A stretch of DNA of 64,000 nt from Candidatus Parcubacteria bacterium (GCA_039805545.1 JBDLUA010000001.1:566-64565); one strand, 5' to 3'. Counted from the first letter of the stretch, positions 1 to 9,686 are shown. A program made the numbers and translations. Notes: generated by a model from the letters alone, not told the origin.

Positions 1-10
1 GGAGGGTGCA

Positions 11-229
11 ATGCAAATTCGAAAATATGTAACCGAACTCGGAAAGCATTTAAAGTCATACGAAGATTATCATAATAAACTTGGAAAAAATCTTGGTACT
101 GTTGTGAATCAATATAATCTTTCAAATAAAGAATTCAAAAAAATTGATAAAGATATTTTAAAAATTACCGAAAGTTCTGCCGATCTTGATCCTGTGTTGA
201 TAGAGGAGAGTATTAAAATTGAAGAGTAA
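11..229 (+). CDS. hypothetical small protein, possibly the 3' part of a gene that starts upstream
   Basis: 72-aa ORF running from the window edge region and ending before a bidirectional hairpin terminator at 250-280. No recognisable motifs. Confidence 0.3.
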   Translation: MQIRKYVTELGKHLKSYEDYHNKLGKNLGTVVNQYNLSNKEFKKIDKDILKITESSADLDPVLIEESIKIEE

Positions 230-249
230 TCTTTTACTAAAATTTAAAA

Positions 250-280
250 GGCCCCGCGACGCATGTTGCGCGACGGGGCC
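250..280. terminator. GC-rich hairpin between convergent genes, probably a bidirectional intrinsic terminator
   Basis: GGCCCCG...CGGGGCC stem, flanked by an A-run upstream and a T-rich stretch downstream. Confidence 0.5.
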
Positions 281-286
281 TTGTAT

Positions 287-670
287 TCAATCTCCAAAGA
301 ACGTTCCTTTGAGTAGGAATCCTTTTGCTCCTGTTGGAGTTTGAAAAAGCTGGGGCATTTTGTTTTCCACAATATGCACCTCTGAATCAGGTAGAATCTC
401 AGGCTTTCCCTCTAGGTCTAATCCTGTTGTCCAGAACATGATTCCAATAAAGTCTTTGATCTCCACGTTGGGAGGTGGAGACTCTAGGTACTCAAAGATC
501 TGAACTTCTTCAGATTGGAGTGCTCCGATGAGTACTTCAATCTTTTGTTGGTAGTTGATGCATGAAGTGGTCAGGCGAGTCCGGTCTTTTTCAAGTTGGT
601 CCTTCTCCTTGTCAGGTAAGATGAGTCCGAGTAGTAGACCCATACACATACAGATGAAGTAGTTTTTCAT
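287..670 (-). CDS. hypothetical secreted or membrane-anchored protein
   Basis: 127-aa ORF with a hydrophobic N-terminus (MKNYFICMCMGLLLGLIL) consistent with a signal peptide. Confidence 0.35.
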   Translation of the reverse strand: MKNYFICMCMGLLLGLILPDKEKDQLEKDRTRLTTSCINYQQKIEVLIGALQSEEVQIFEYLESPPPNVEIKDFIGIMFWTTGLDLEGKPEILPDSEVHIVENKMPQLFQTPTGAKGFLLKGTFFGD

Positions 671-789
671 TTTTGATTTTGTTGGTGGTTCGGGGTTCTG
701 AAATATAATAAAATATATTTATATAATGTCAAATTTTATTTAAATTTACATCTGTATAATCACTTGCAAAACTCTCAAAATAGGGTAGA

Positions 790-1131
790 ATGGGCGAACA
801 TATGAAAAAAGCCGTAGAAAAAAAGGAATATGCAATCATCGAAACTGGTGCAAAACAATACATTGTGGCAGTTGGAGATAAGCTAAAAATTGAAAAAATT
901 GAAGGTGTAAAAACTGGCGACACTATTGAATTTGATAAGGTTCTCCTTGTTGATAATGGTTCAGAGGCTAAAGTTGGAACTCCTTTCCTTTCTTCAAAAG
1001 TTAAGGCTAATGTAATCGAAATTGCTAAAGACAAAAAAGTTCAAGTTATTAAATATAAATCAAAGAGTCGATACTTTGTAAAACAAGGACACCGACAGAC
1101 TTTGATGAAGGTTGAGATTCTTTCTATCTAA
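790..1131 (+). CDS. rplU: 50S ribosomal protein L21
   Basis: EYAIIETGAKQYIVAVGDKLKIEKIEG... matches the L21 N-terminal signature (YAIIxTGGKQY). The true start may be the internal M at 802. Confidence 0.85.
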   Translation: MGEHMKKAVEKKEYAIIETGAKQYIVAVGDKLKIEKIEGVKTGDTIEFDKVLLVDNGSEAKVGTPFLSSKVKANVIEIAKDKKVQVIKYKSKSRYFVKQGHRQTLMKVEILSI

Positions 1132-1161
1132 GCTGTTAGCGATTAGCTATGAGCTTTTAGC

Positions 1162-1190
1162 AAAAGGCGGGCCCTTCGGGCCCGCCTTTT
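1162..1190 (+). terminator. intrinsic terminator after rplU with a UUCG-loop hairpin
   Basis: AAAAGGCGGGCCCTTCGGGCCCGCCTTTT. It is nearly identical to the hairpin module at 13930-13965. Confidence 0.6.
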
Positions 1191-1502
1191 GCATTAATTT
1201 TGTACTATGCTAATGTTCCTTTTAGAAAGAACACATACTATGAACATCAAATTTCGCAAAGGCACATATCGTGCAGCACTTGTAATGGGGCCCATAACCT
1301 TCAAATTCATCTATCTGCGTTGGAGCTGCCTTAGGAGAATTTTGAGATCATGGGAATATTGCAGGTTTCTAATTATTCGTGGAATGTTTGCGAACATCAC
1401 AGAATTTTTTACTTGGAAGTCTCTCAAAGTTCCTTTTCTTGCTCCTACGTACTTTTCTTTCTTTGGTATATTGAATATTCAAAAAACTATTAAAGGAGAT
1501 AA

Positions 1503-1740
1503 GGTGGGTTGTTTTGAACATATCAGAAATGTTTTGAAACAGTTGCCAGAGAACAAGAGGGGTACATGGAACTTTATTGAAGCACATTCACTTTGGACTA
1601 ACTCTGGCTGGAGGAAAACAGAGCAGGGTTACATTTTGTTTGACTACGGAGATTGTTTCATGAATGGCTGGCCTTTTTCAACGATTTTGTGTCGTGACAA
1701 AAAAGAACTTCAAGAAATCCTCTCAAAGCAAGAGCTCTGA
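1503..1740 (+). CDS. hypothetical small protein, likely a GTG-initiated 79-aa product
   Basis: A strong RBS (AAAGGAGA) sits 4 nt before an in-frame GTG at 1503. The N-terminal 100 codons of the long ORF 1207..1740 have non-protein-like composition (W/C/R/F-rich). Confidence 0.3.
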
Positions 1741-1782
1741 ATTTCGATACACCCCAATAGGAAACTGCTGGGGTGTTTTCTT

Positions 1783-2376
1783 TTACCCTCGATTCTTCAA
1801 CGCATTCTTAATGGTCTCTGTATCCACATATTCAATTTCAACCCCCGTAGAGATTCCTCGTCCAAGCATTGTGATTTTAATATCAGGTTTATGTTTCTGA
1901 ATGAAGTTTTTTACAAGGTGAGCAGTGTGATCTCCTTCAGGGTTTACGGGCAACGAAATAATAATCTCTTCTGGTTTTTTTGTATTAATAAGTGCAATGA
2001 GTGAATGAATGTCTATATATTTTTCCAAATCTTTTTCCATTAATCCGAGAGTTGAACCAAGTACAAAATATAATCCATCATAGATATGAGTTTTTTCAAT
2101 GGTTTCAAGATCGGTATCTTTTGCAACAACCATTAATAGTTTTGTATCTCGTTTATTGTTGCTACAGATTTCACACAACTGACTGTTGCTTGAAAAGAAT
2201 CTGTTACATTGCGGGCAGTGTTTTGTAAGTGATTTTAAATTTTGAATTTCTGATACAAGTTTTTCGGTGTAGGATCGATTTTTTCGAAGGAGAAAAAATA
2301 CAAATCGTTTTGCTTGTCGTGGACCAATTCCAGGGAATTGTCTAAATAATTCTGCGAGTTCATCTATGTGATTCAT
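1783..2376 (-). CDS. recR: recombination protein RecR
   Basis: FPGIGPRQAKRFVFFLL HhH motif, a C4 zinc finger (CPQC...CEIC), and a Toprim-like C-terminus. Confidence 0.9.
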   Translation of the reverse strand: MNHIDELAELFRQFPGIGPRQAKRFVFFLLRKNRSYTEKLVSEIQNLKSLTKHCPQCNRFFSSNSQLCEICSNNKRDTKLLMVVAKDTDLETIEKTHIYDGLYFVLGSTLGLMEKDLEKYIDIHSLIALINTKKPEEIIISLPVNPEGDHTAHLVKNFIQKHKPDIKITMLGRGISTGVEIEYVDTETIKNALKNRG

Positions 2377-2379
2377 ATA

Positions 2380-3747
2380 TTAAAAGTCATCAATTCCATT
2401 TCCATAATTACCACTATCAATATCAAGATATTTTGTTTTCTTACTATCAAAGAATAATTCACAAATACCAACAGGACCGTTTCGGTGTTTTTCAATCATA
2501 ATTTCTGCAATGTTAGGTTTATCAGTCTCAGGGTTATATTTGTCTTCTCTATGAATAAACATAACGATATCGGCATCTTGCTCAATAGAACCAGAGTCTC
2601 GAAGGTCTGAGAGACGTGGTTTTCCTCCTCGTGATTCTACTGCTCGAGAAAGCTGTGAAAGGGCAATAACAGGTACATCCATTTCTCGGGCGAGTTGCTT
2701 GAGTCCTCGAGAAATCTCTGTAACTTGAGTCACTACGTTATCAGTCTTTGTCATTGGTGTCATAAGTTGAAGATAATCAACAACAACAAGGCCAAGACCG
2801 TGTTCACTCTTCACCCGTCGACACACCGAACGCATTTTCATAAGATTGATACCTGCCTCATCATTAATAAAGATGGGTGCATCAGAGAGGCGAGAGATAG
2901 CTGCTCCAATTGCCTCAAAATCGCTCTCCTTAAGCCCTTTACCTGTTCGAATGCTCCATAGGTCCACTTCTGATTCGGCCGACACCATACGGTCTACAAG
3001 CTGATCGGCACCCATTTCTAGTGAAAATACTTGCACAGGGATTTTGTGATTAAGGGCAGCTCGTCGTGCCATATCAAGTACAAGAGAAGTTTTTCCGACG
3101 GCAGGTCGGGCGGCGAGAATAATGAGATCTGATTTTTGAAATCCTGAGAGTTTGTTATCGAGAGCCTTGAATCCCGTTGGTACACCTCGAAGAGCATCTT
3201 TGGTTGCATGAATTCTTTCAAGTCTCTCGAATGCTTCACCTACAACATTTTTAAGGGCAATTATATTGGTATTTGTAGTCATGTTTGTAACTTCAAAAAT
3301 TCTTTTTTCTGCACTGTCTAAAATTTCTTCAAGATCTTTTGATTCATCAAATCCAAGTCCAGAGATATGATCTGCAGCATTGAGAAGATCACGCATAATT
3401 TTTTTCTTTTGAATAGTAGTACAGTAGTGCTTGATGTTTGCAGTGCTTGGTACAAAGTCGATAAGCTCTGCAAGATACGCGGCACCACCTGATCGCTCAA
3501 GAAGTCCTTGGTCTTTGAGGTAATCAAGAACAGATACAGAATCAATCGGAGCGCCTTTTCTGTTTAAGTTAAGGATTGCGTCATACACAATTTTATTTCG
3601 TGAAGAGTAGAAAGATTCTGGAGTGAGAACATCAGTAATATCATAAATACTATCTGGTCGTTGGAGGAGGGCACCAAGAACAGCCATTTCAGACTCAAGA
3701 CTTTGAGGTGGGATTCGTAGATTTTTACCTGAATTTTGTTCTGCCAT
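2380..3747 (-). CDS. dnaB: replicative DNA helicase DnaB
   Basis: DnaB N-terminal domain plus Walker A (AARPAVGKTS) and the RecA-like helicase core. The start is 4 nt downstream of recR. Confidence 0.9.
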   Translation of the reverse strand: MAEQNSGKNLRIPPQSLESEMAVLGALLQRPDSIYDITDVLTPESFYSSRNKIVYDAILNLNRKGAPIDSVSVLDYLKDQGLLERSGGAAYLAELIDFVPSTANIKHYCTTIQKKKIMRDLLNAADHISGLGFDESKDLEEILDSAEKRIFEVTNMTTNTNIIALKNVVGEAFERLERIHATKDALRGVPTGFKALDNKLSGFQKSDLIILAARPAVGKTSLVLDMARRAALNHKIPVQVFSLEMGADQLVDRMVSAESEVDLWSIRTGKGLKESDFEAIGAAISRLSDAPIFINDEAGINLMKMRSVCRRVKSEHGLGLVVVDYLQLMTPMTKTDNVVTQVTEISRGLKQLAREMDVPVIALSQLSRAVESRGGKPRLSDLRDSGSIEQDADIVMFIHREDKYNPETDKPNIAEIMIEKHRNGPVGICELFFDSKKTKYLDIDSGNYGNGIDDF

Positions 3748-3856
3748 GTGTAGTTTAAGAGTACCTAATTAGAAGGCCAAAAGTAAATAGATAAGTTGTA
3801 CACAGGTGTGCACATATTTTATGGCTTAAAATAAAGATGAAAAATAAATAAACCGT

Positions 3857-4180
3857 ATGGAATATATATGGAAAACTTGCAAAATGAAGTGTGGTAGTAT
3901 CTATATATTGATGAAGAAATTAACTCCAAAACAAAGAGAAGAGACTGTGACAAAAGGATTTTTATATGAACAGAATTTTGTCACTAAGGAATACCTAGAT
4001 AAAAAACTCGAACCATATGTAACAAAAGAATACCTGGATAAAAAATTAAAAGAACAAAGTGCGGAATTTCGACAACATATCGATACCCTTATAGAGCATC
4101 AACTTGATCAGATACAAATTTTCATGGAACAAATGGACAAGAGATATGTGCTGAGGAGGGAGTGGAATGTGCTGAAATAA
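3857..4180 (+). CDS. hypothetical small protein with an internal tandem repeat
   Basis: Repeat VTKEYLDKKL(E/K) appears twice. The start may be the internal M at about 3917. Confidence 0.3.
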   Translation: MEYIWKTCKMKCGSIYILMKKLTPKQREETVTKGFLYEQNFVTKEYLDKKLEPYVTKEYLDKKLKEQSAEFRQHIDTLIEHQLDQIQIFMEQMDKRYVLRREWNVLK

Positions 4181-4198
4181 AAAACACTCCGTCCAAAG

Positions 4199-5587
4199 TT
4201 ATTTCTTCTCAACACTAAACCCAACTTCACTTGCAGTATCTTTTATGATGTATCCTGCTTTTTCAATTTCTTCTCGTAGGGCGTCCGCAAGTGCAAAGTC
4301 TCTATTATCTCGCGCGTCTTTTCTTCGCTGTGCAAGTTCAATAACTTGAGGAGGAATTTCTATTGTTTTTTCTTTTTTATCTAATTCAAGTTTAAGAACT
4401 TTATCAAAGTCTAAAATCGTAACTTTTTTATCTTCATCAGCAATTGAGTTGTCTTTTAATAAATCAAAAATAAGAGCAATTGCTTTTGAAGTGTTAAGAT
4501 CTTCGTTTATGTATGAAGTAAATTTTTCTTTGTAGGGGAGTGACACACTTCCTGGATCCTCGCCTCCGCGAGGATGACGTACTAAGAAGTCTTTTATTTT
4601 TTGTAATCCAATTTGTGCTGCTTGTACTGATTCAATAGTAAAGTTTGAAAGGGTAGAGTAGTGTGAAGTGTAAAGCCAATACTTGTATGCTGCAGGTGAA
4701 ATATTTTTTGAAATTAAATCTTCAAGATAGAGTGTATTACCAATAGACTTAGAAATCTTTTTTCCATCAATAGTGATGTGATTTACATGAAGCCAATAGT
4801 GTGCAAGAGGAGCATTATGTGCACATACTGACTGAGCAATTTCGTTTTGATGGTGAGTAGGAATATGATCAACTCCACCTGTATGAATATCAAATGTAGT
4901 TCCAAGATATTTGTTTGCCATTGCCGAACATTCAATATGCCACCCAGGAAATCCTACACCCCAAGGAGATTCCCATTCTTGCTGCCTTTTTTCTTTTGAA
5001 AATTTCCAAAGCGCAAAGTCTGTACTGTTTCTTTTTTCTGTATTTGCTTCAACTCGTGCACCTTCTTTGAGTCCTTCAATATCAATATGTCCAAGTTCAC
5101 CATATGCAGGAAATTTAGAAGTATCAAAGTATACACCATCTGACGTGATGTATGTGAATCCTTTTGTTTCAAGTTCTTTAATCAAATCAATTTGTTCTTG
5201 AATATGCTCTGATGCTTTTGGAAATTCAATTGTAGAGACATCAATATTGAGTGCCGTGAGAGCATCCATGAAGTCTTGTGTATATCTTTCTGTAATTACT
5301 TTTGCATCAAGGTGTTCTTTCTTTGCTTGTTCTTCAACCTTATCTGCACCTTCGTCGCTATCTGATACAAGATGTCCTACATCAGTAATATTAATTACTT
5401 GATGAACATTGTACCCATTATAGATGAGAGTATTTTTGATTAAATCAGCAAAGATATACGCCCTAAGATTTCCAATGTGAGGCTTACCGTATACTGTAGG
5501 TCCACAATTGTACATGCCAACAGTATTAGGGTTAATCGGTTTAAATTCTTCTATTTTTCCTGACAGAGTATTCTTAAAATAAATCAT
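4199..5587 (-). CDS. cysS: cysteinyl-tRNA synthetase carrying an in-frame palindromic repeat insertion
   Basis: HIGN (HIGH) and KISKS (KMSKS) motifs and the CGPTVYG N-terminus. The repeat at 4551-4586 encodes RHPRGGEDPGS in-frame. Confidence 0.9.
   Translation of the reverse strand: MIYFKNTLSGKIEEFKPINPNTVGMYNCGPTVYGKPHIGNLRAYIFADLIKNTLIYNGYNVHQVINITDVGHLVSDSDEGADKVEEQAKKEHLDAKVITERYTQDFMDALTALNIDVSTIEFPKASEHIQEQIDLIKELETKGFTYITSDGVYFDTSKFPAYGELGHIDIEGLKEGARVEANTEKRNSTDFALWKFSKEKRQQEWESPWGVGFPGWHIECSAMANKYLGTTFDIHTGGVDHIPTHHQNEIAQSVCAHNAPLAHYWLHVNHITIDGKKISKSIGNTLYLEDLISKNISPAAYKYWLYTSHYSTLSNFTIESVQAAQIGLQKIKDFLVRHPRGGEDPGSVSLPYKEKFTSYINEDLNTSKAIALIFDLLKDNSIADEDKKVTILDFDKVLKLELDKKEKTIEIPPQVIELAQRRKDARDNRDFALADALREEIEKAGYIIKDTASEVGFSVEKK
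4551..4586. repeat. palindromic repeat element (GGATCCTCGC-CTCC-GCGAGGATGAC family), in-frame inside cysS
   Basis: CCTGGATCCTCGCCTCCGCGAGGATGACGT recurs at 13969, 27971/28062, 32871/32960, 49494 and 52166. Confidence 0.8.
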
Positions 5588-5596
5588 AGGGGTATA

Positions 5597-6517
5597 TTAC
5601 AACCAATTCTTTCGTTTGAAAATAAGCGTAGAAATAAAGGTAATGATAGCCATAAGGAGTACTACAATCCAAAAATCGTAAGAGTTTCCGGAAAGCGGTG
5701 TGCTTTCAACATTCATTCCAAATAATCCAGTAATAACTGATAGGGGAAGAATTATAAAGTTTACGACTGTAAGAGTTTTCATGATTTCGTTTTGTTTTGT
5801 AGAAAGAAGAGAATCATTTGTTTTTCGAAGTTCATTTGCATATTCTTTTGTAAGAGATACAAGGCGTTCTGTTTTTGAATATTCGTGTAATATTTTGTCT
5901 TCAAGAAGTTCAAAATGATGATCAAACATTTTTGGTCCTACTTTGCTGAGTACTTCCAAACCTCGTTTTTGTGTAAGAAGTGAATCTCTAAAATAAATAA
6001 GAACTCGACTAATCATAGAAAGTTCATATACCATCTCTCTTTCTTTTCCTGAAAAAATATTTTCCTCGTAGGCACTCAATGTTGTTTGAATATCGTCAAC
6101 TCTGTCTTGAATAGACCTGTACATCGTATAGAGAATTTCAACAAAGATGTGCGCAGATGTCTTTGTTTCATGATTGTGCAGAAGAGAACTTGTTTCAAAA
6201 GCTCTTGAAAATGTAATAAGTGTATCAATTGGTGCATAATGCGTTGTGATTACAAAGTTTTTTCCTATTACAAAATCTATTTCTTCACTTCTTTTGTCAA
6301 AAGTTTTATTTTTTTGATATGTATGACGAGGGAAGTGAAATACAAAATAAAGCATGTCTTTATATGCATCTGCTCGAGTTCGAATAGTTGGATCGATTAA
6401 ATCTTCTGCTATTTCAGGATGAATTCCATACTCATCCATGAGTTGTCTAATTTCATCTTTTGTTGGATTTTCTACATCAACCCAAGTAAGTTTTTCGTGT
6501 GTATATGTTGAAATCAT
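5597..6517 (-). CDS. corA: CorA-family magnesium/cobalt transporter
   Basis: Two C-terminal TM helices with a GMN motif (GLFGMNVE). Confidence 0.85.
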   Translation of the reverse strand: MISTYTHEKLTWVDVENPTKDEIRQLMDEYGIHPEIAEDLIDPTIRTRADAYKDMLYFVFHFPRHTYQKNKTFDKRSEEIDFVIGKNFVITTHYAPIDTLITFSRAFETSSLLHNHETKTSAHIFVEILYTMYRSIQDRVDDIQTTLSAYEENIFSGKEREMVYELSMISRVLIYFRDSLLTQKRGLEVLSKVGPKMFDHHFELLEDKILHEYSKTERLVSLTKEYANELRKTNDSLLSTKQNEIMKTLTVVNFIILPLSVITGLFGMNVESTPLSGNSYDFWIVVLLMAIITFISTLIFKRKNWL

Positions 6518-6554
6518 AAATGCTATATAAAGTATATCATTTATTTTTTTTATT

Positions 6555-7784
6555 TTGACTTTTTATACACAAATTGAGATACTGCTTGATATGAATTCAA
6601 AAATAAGAACACAACTTTTTGGTGGAATATTGCTTGCTATTGTACTTTCATTTGGTATGGGGTTTTATATTGGAAACGGCGGAATATCTTTTCGGTCTAC
6701 ACAAGCAAGTGAAGATGTAGACATGGCTCCTTTTTGGAAAACATGGAATATATTAAATGAAAAATTTGTTTCAGCATCTACTACTAAGCAAATTTCTAAT
6801 CAAGAAAAAGTATACGGAGCAATTAGCGGAATGGTCTCGTCACTCGGAGATCCATATACTGTATTCTTTACCCCAGAAGAAAAACAAAAATTTGATGAAT
6901 CAATCGAGGGTACCTTTGAGGGGGTAGGAATGGAAGTAGGAATTAGAGATAAAGTGCTTACAGTTGTTGCACCTCTCAAAAATTCTCCTGCAGAAAAGGC
7001 TGGAATTGAAAGTGGGGATATTATTGTAAAAATTGATGAAAAGGATTCTCTTAATATGAAAGTGGAAGAGGCAGTTTCTTTGATTCGTGGTGCAAAGGGT
7101 ACAATGGTAACTCTTACAATACTCAAAAAAGATGCAGAAAAACCTGTTGAAATAAAGGTAATGCGAGATAAGATTATTGTTCCTACCATCGAGACCGAAA
7201 TTATCAATACTACTTTTGTTATAAGACTATACAGTTTTGGAGCAACATCAGAATCAGAATTTAAGACCGCAATTGAACAATATCAAAAATCAGGCAAGAA
7301 GAGATTGATTATTGATTTAAGAGGGAATCCAGGTGGATATTTTGATTCAGCAGTTGATATTGCAAGTTGGTTCTTACCTGCAGGAAAGACTATTGTCACA
7401 GAGGACTTTGGTTCAAATATTACTCCAAAAATATTCAGAAGTAAGGGATATAATGTTTTTGATTTAAATAAAAATAAAATGGTTATCCTTATTGATGAAG
7501 GTTCTGCATCTGCCTCCGAAATCCTTGCTGGAGCATTGCAAGAACATGGAGTTGCAAAATTAGTAGGAACAAAATCTTTTGGAAAAGGATCAGTTCAAGA
7601 GTTGATAGATATCACAAAAGATACTGCTCTTAAAGTAACAATTGCACGATGGCTTACTCCAAATGGAAAATCTATTTCTGCGGGCGGCCTTGCGCCTGAT
7701 TATGAGGTTCAATTTGATGCGGATAAGTTTAAGAAACATAACGAAGACCTACAGTTGCAAAAAGCGCTTGAATTATTAAAATAA
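6555..7784 (+). CDS. ctpA: carboxy-terminal processing peptidase (S41 family, Tsp/CtpA-like)
   Basis: PDZ domain (GIESGDIIVKIDE) and S41 catalytic region (DLRGNPGGY, GSASASEILAGALQ). Confidence 0.85.
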   Translation: MTFYTQIEILLDMNSKIRTQLFGGILLAIVLSFGMGFYIGNGGISFRSTQASEDVDMAPFWKTWNILNEKFVSASTTKQISNQEKVYGAISGMVSSLGDPYTVFFTPEEKQKFDESIEGTFEGVGMEVGIRDKVLTVVAPLKNSPAEKAGIESGDIIVKIDEKDSLNMKVEEAVSLIRGAKGTMVTLTILKKDAEKPVEIKVMRDKIIVPTIETEIINTTFVIRLYSFGATSESEFKTAIEQYQKSGKKRLIIDLRGNPGGYFDSAVDIASWFLPAGKTIVTEDFGSNITPKIFRSKGYNVFDLNKNKMVILIDEGSASASEILAGALQEHGVAKLVGTKSFGKGSVQELIDITKDTALKVTIARWLTPNGKSISAGGLAPDYEVQFDADKFKKHNEDLQLQKALELLK

Positions 7785-7792
7785 CCCACATT

Positions 7793-8230
7793 ATGAAAGT
7801 TATATTATTGAAAGACGTCCCAAAGATTGGAAAGAAGAACGAAATAAAGGATGTAGCAGATGGGTTTGCTCAAAACTCACTTTTGCCTCGAAAACTTGCT
7901 CAAGTTGCAACTCCTCAAGCCATCGCTGCCCTTAAGGATGCACAAGCAAAAGCTGAACAAATTCATACTCAAGAAATAGAAGGAATAAAAAAAGCAATTG
8001 AGAATCTTAATGGTCATAACATCACGCTCGAGTTGGCTGCAAATGCTCAAGGACATTTATTCTCAAAATTCAAAATAGAACAACTAAAAAAAGTATTTAA
8101 AGATAAAAATATTACGTTTGATACAAAATATATTGTTCCATTTGAATTTAAAGAAGTAGGAATTCATACAATTAAAATCAAGTCTCCACAGGTAGTAGGG
8201 GAGTTTCAGATAGAAATTAAAAGTTTGTAG
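7793..8230 (+). CDS. rplI: 50S ribosomal protein L9
   Basis: MKVILLKDVPKIGKKNEIKDVADGFAQNSLLP matches the L9 N-terminal domain. Confidence 0.85.
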   Translation: MKVILLKDVPKIGKKNEIKDVADGFAQNSLLPRKLAQVATPQAIAALKDAQAKAEQIHTQEIEGIKKAIENLNGHNITLELAANAQGHLFSKFKIEQLKKVFKDKNITFDTKYIVPFEFKEVGIHTIKIKSPQVVGEFQIEIKSL

Positions 8231-8237
8231 ATAAAAC

Positions 8238-8276
8238 AAAAGCGGCGGACCCTTCGGGTCCGCCGCTTTTGTTTTT
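8238..8276. terminator. bidirectional intrinsic terminator between rplI and rpmA
   Basis: AAAAGCGGCGGACCCTTCGGGTCCGCCGCTTTTGTTTTT. Confidence 0.6.
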
Positions 8277-8278
8277 AA

Positions 8279-8551
8279 TTAGATAACTTCTACAAGTTTT
8301 CGAACAACAGTTTTTCCATCAAATCGAGTTTTTCGTTTGTTTGAAAATTTAACGACACCTTCTTTAAGGGCAAAGATAGTGTGGTCTTTTCCAATATCTG
8401 TGTTTGAACCTGCGAGGTATCGTGTTCCTCGTTGTCGAACGATGATTGAACCTGCTTTTGCTTTTTGTCCATCAGCAACTTTGACACCTAGGAATTTAGG
8501 CTTTGAATCGCTCAGGTTTTTTGCTACTCCTCCTGCTTTAACTTTAGACAT
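8279..8551 (-). CDS. rpmA: 50S ribosomal protein L27
   Basis: GSIIVRQRGTRYLAGSNTDIGKDHTIFA matches the L27 signature. Confidence 0.85.
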   Translation of the reverse strand: MSKVKAGGVAKNLSDSKPKFLGVKVADGQKAKAGSIIVRQRGTRYLAGSNTDIGKDHTIFALKEGVVKFSNKRKTRFDGKTVVRKLVEVI

Positions 8552-8595
8552 ACTTTATATTTAATTTAACTGTTTCGATTAAGATTAGTTGTCAA

Positions 8596-8961
8596 ATGAT
8601 AGTATATTTTTCTAGAAAAAGCAAGGAGGTATGTCTCGTATGGTCAAGTGTAGCATTGGCTGTTTTGGTTCTTGTATATCTGTTGTATGTGGCCGAAATG
8701 ATATCAATTCACAAACAATCAACTATTCAAATTATTAGAAATACGAGTAATTTTGAGAGTAGAGTAGGGGTAGAAGAGTCAAATCCTCAGGTATCCTCGC
8801 TTCAGGATGATTTTGTCTTCGTAGCTTCCAAAAAGGGAGTGTATTATTACCCAATAAATTGCAATAAAGCACAAGCACTTTCGGTCAAAAATATGTTGTA
8901 TTTTAAGGATAAAATGACTGCTGAAGGGGCAGGGTATAAGCCCTATTTAGGGTGTTTTTGA
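8596..8961 (+). CDS. hypothetical protein with an N-terminal TM helix
   Basis: 121-aa ORF with TM segment VALAVLVLVYLLYV and a Cys-containing C-terminus. Confidence 0.3.
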   Translation: MIVYFSRKSKEVCLVWSSVALAVLVLVYLLYVAEMISIHKQSTIQIIRNTSNFESRVGVEESNPQVSSLQDDFVFVASKKGVYYYPINCNKAQALSVKNMLYFKDKMTAEGAGYKPYLGCF

Positions 8962-9076
8962 TTGATTTTTTGACCAATCTATGCTATGATATATCTTAAG
9001 TCTGGAGTATATCCAGACCTTATGTTTTAGGGCCGGTAAACCGGATTTACCCCTAAGGCCTGCACCCGATAGACCT

Positions 9077-9565
9077 TTGTTGCATGTGCAGATTACCATT
9101 ACGAATAGGCTTATAATACAGATGATCGGACTTGCAATGTTGATCGCTTCAGTTAACGACACACAAGTTGCTGGAGCACCAACAAATACTGGAACCGAAA
9201 GTATTGTTGATGAGACTTATTCTGAAATTTCAGAACAAGTAAAAGTAAGAACTACTGAAGAAATTATTGCGGAGCACTTTGCAAATACACCAATTCTCAA
9301 AAAAATTGCGTCTTGTGAATCACAAAACCGACAATTTAATGAGACAGGAGCAGTACTTCGAGGAAAGGTAAACTCTCAAGACGTTGGAGTTTTCCAAATT
9401 AATGAGAAGTACCACTTAGAAGCAGCTAAGAAGCTTGGACTCGATATTTACACCCTAGAGGGTAATCTCGACTACGCTAAGCATCTCTACAAAACTCAAG
9501 GAGTAAAACCTTGGGTACACTCTTCAACCTGTTGGGATAAAGCAAATCAATTTGCCCTTAGATAA
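9077..9565 (+). CDS. secreted lytic transglycosylase-like (lysozyme-like fold) protein
   Basis: Signal-like MIGLAMLIASV, then CESQNRQFNETG...GVFQINEKYH, which resembles the SLT/goose-type ES...GxxQI catalytic motif. Confidence 0.5.
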   Translation: MLHVQITITNRLIIQMIGLAMLIASVNDTQVAGAPTNTGTESIVDETYSEISEQVKVRTTEEIIAEHFANTPILKKIASCESQNRQFNETGAVLRGKVNSQDVGVFQINEKYHLEAAKKLGLDIYTLEGNLDYAKHLYKTQGVKPWVHSSTCWDKANQFALR

Positions 9566-9598
9566 TTTCCTAAGATCAATTACAATTGCATTAAATAG

Positions 9599-9627
9599 AA
9601 AAAGTCACGCCACAAGCGTGACTTTTT
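9599..9627 (+). terminator. intrinsic terminator
   Basis: AAAAGTCACGCCACAAGCGTGACTTTTTC. Confidence 0.55.
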
Positions 9628-9686
9628 CTATTTGTTGACAAATCTTTATATAAATTGTATTTTTATATCAGAAACCAATTCTGCAT

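Noticed and set aside
6800-7207. Antisense ORFs inside confirmed genes (for example 6800..7207, 31546..31899, 34165..34542, 35827..36291, 53682..53936)
   Set aside because: They are fully embedded in the opposite strand of well-supported genes (ctpA, dnaK, rpoA, rpsK and the secreted protein) and have low-complexity S/T/P/R-rich composition.
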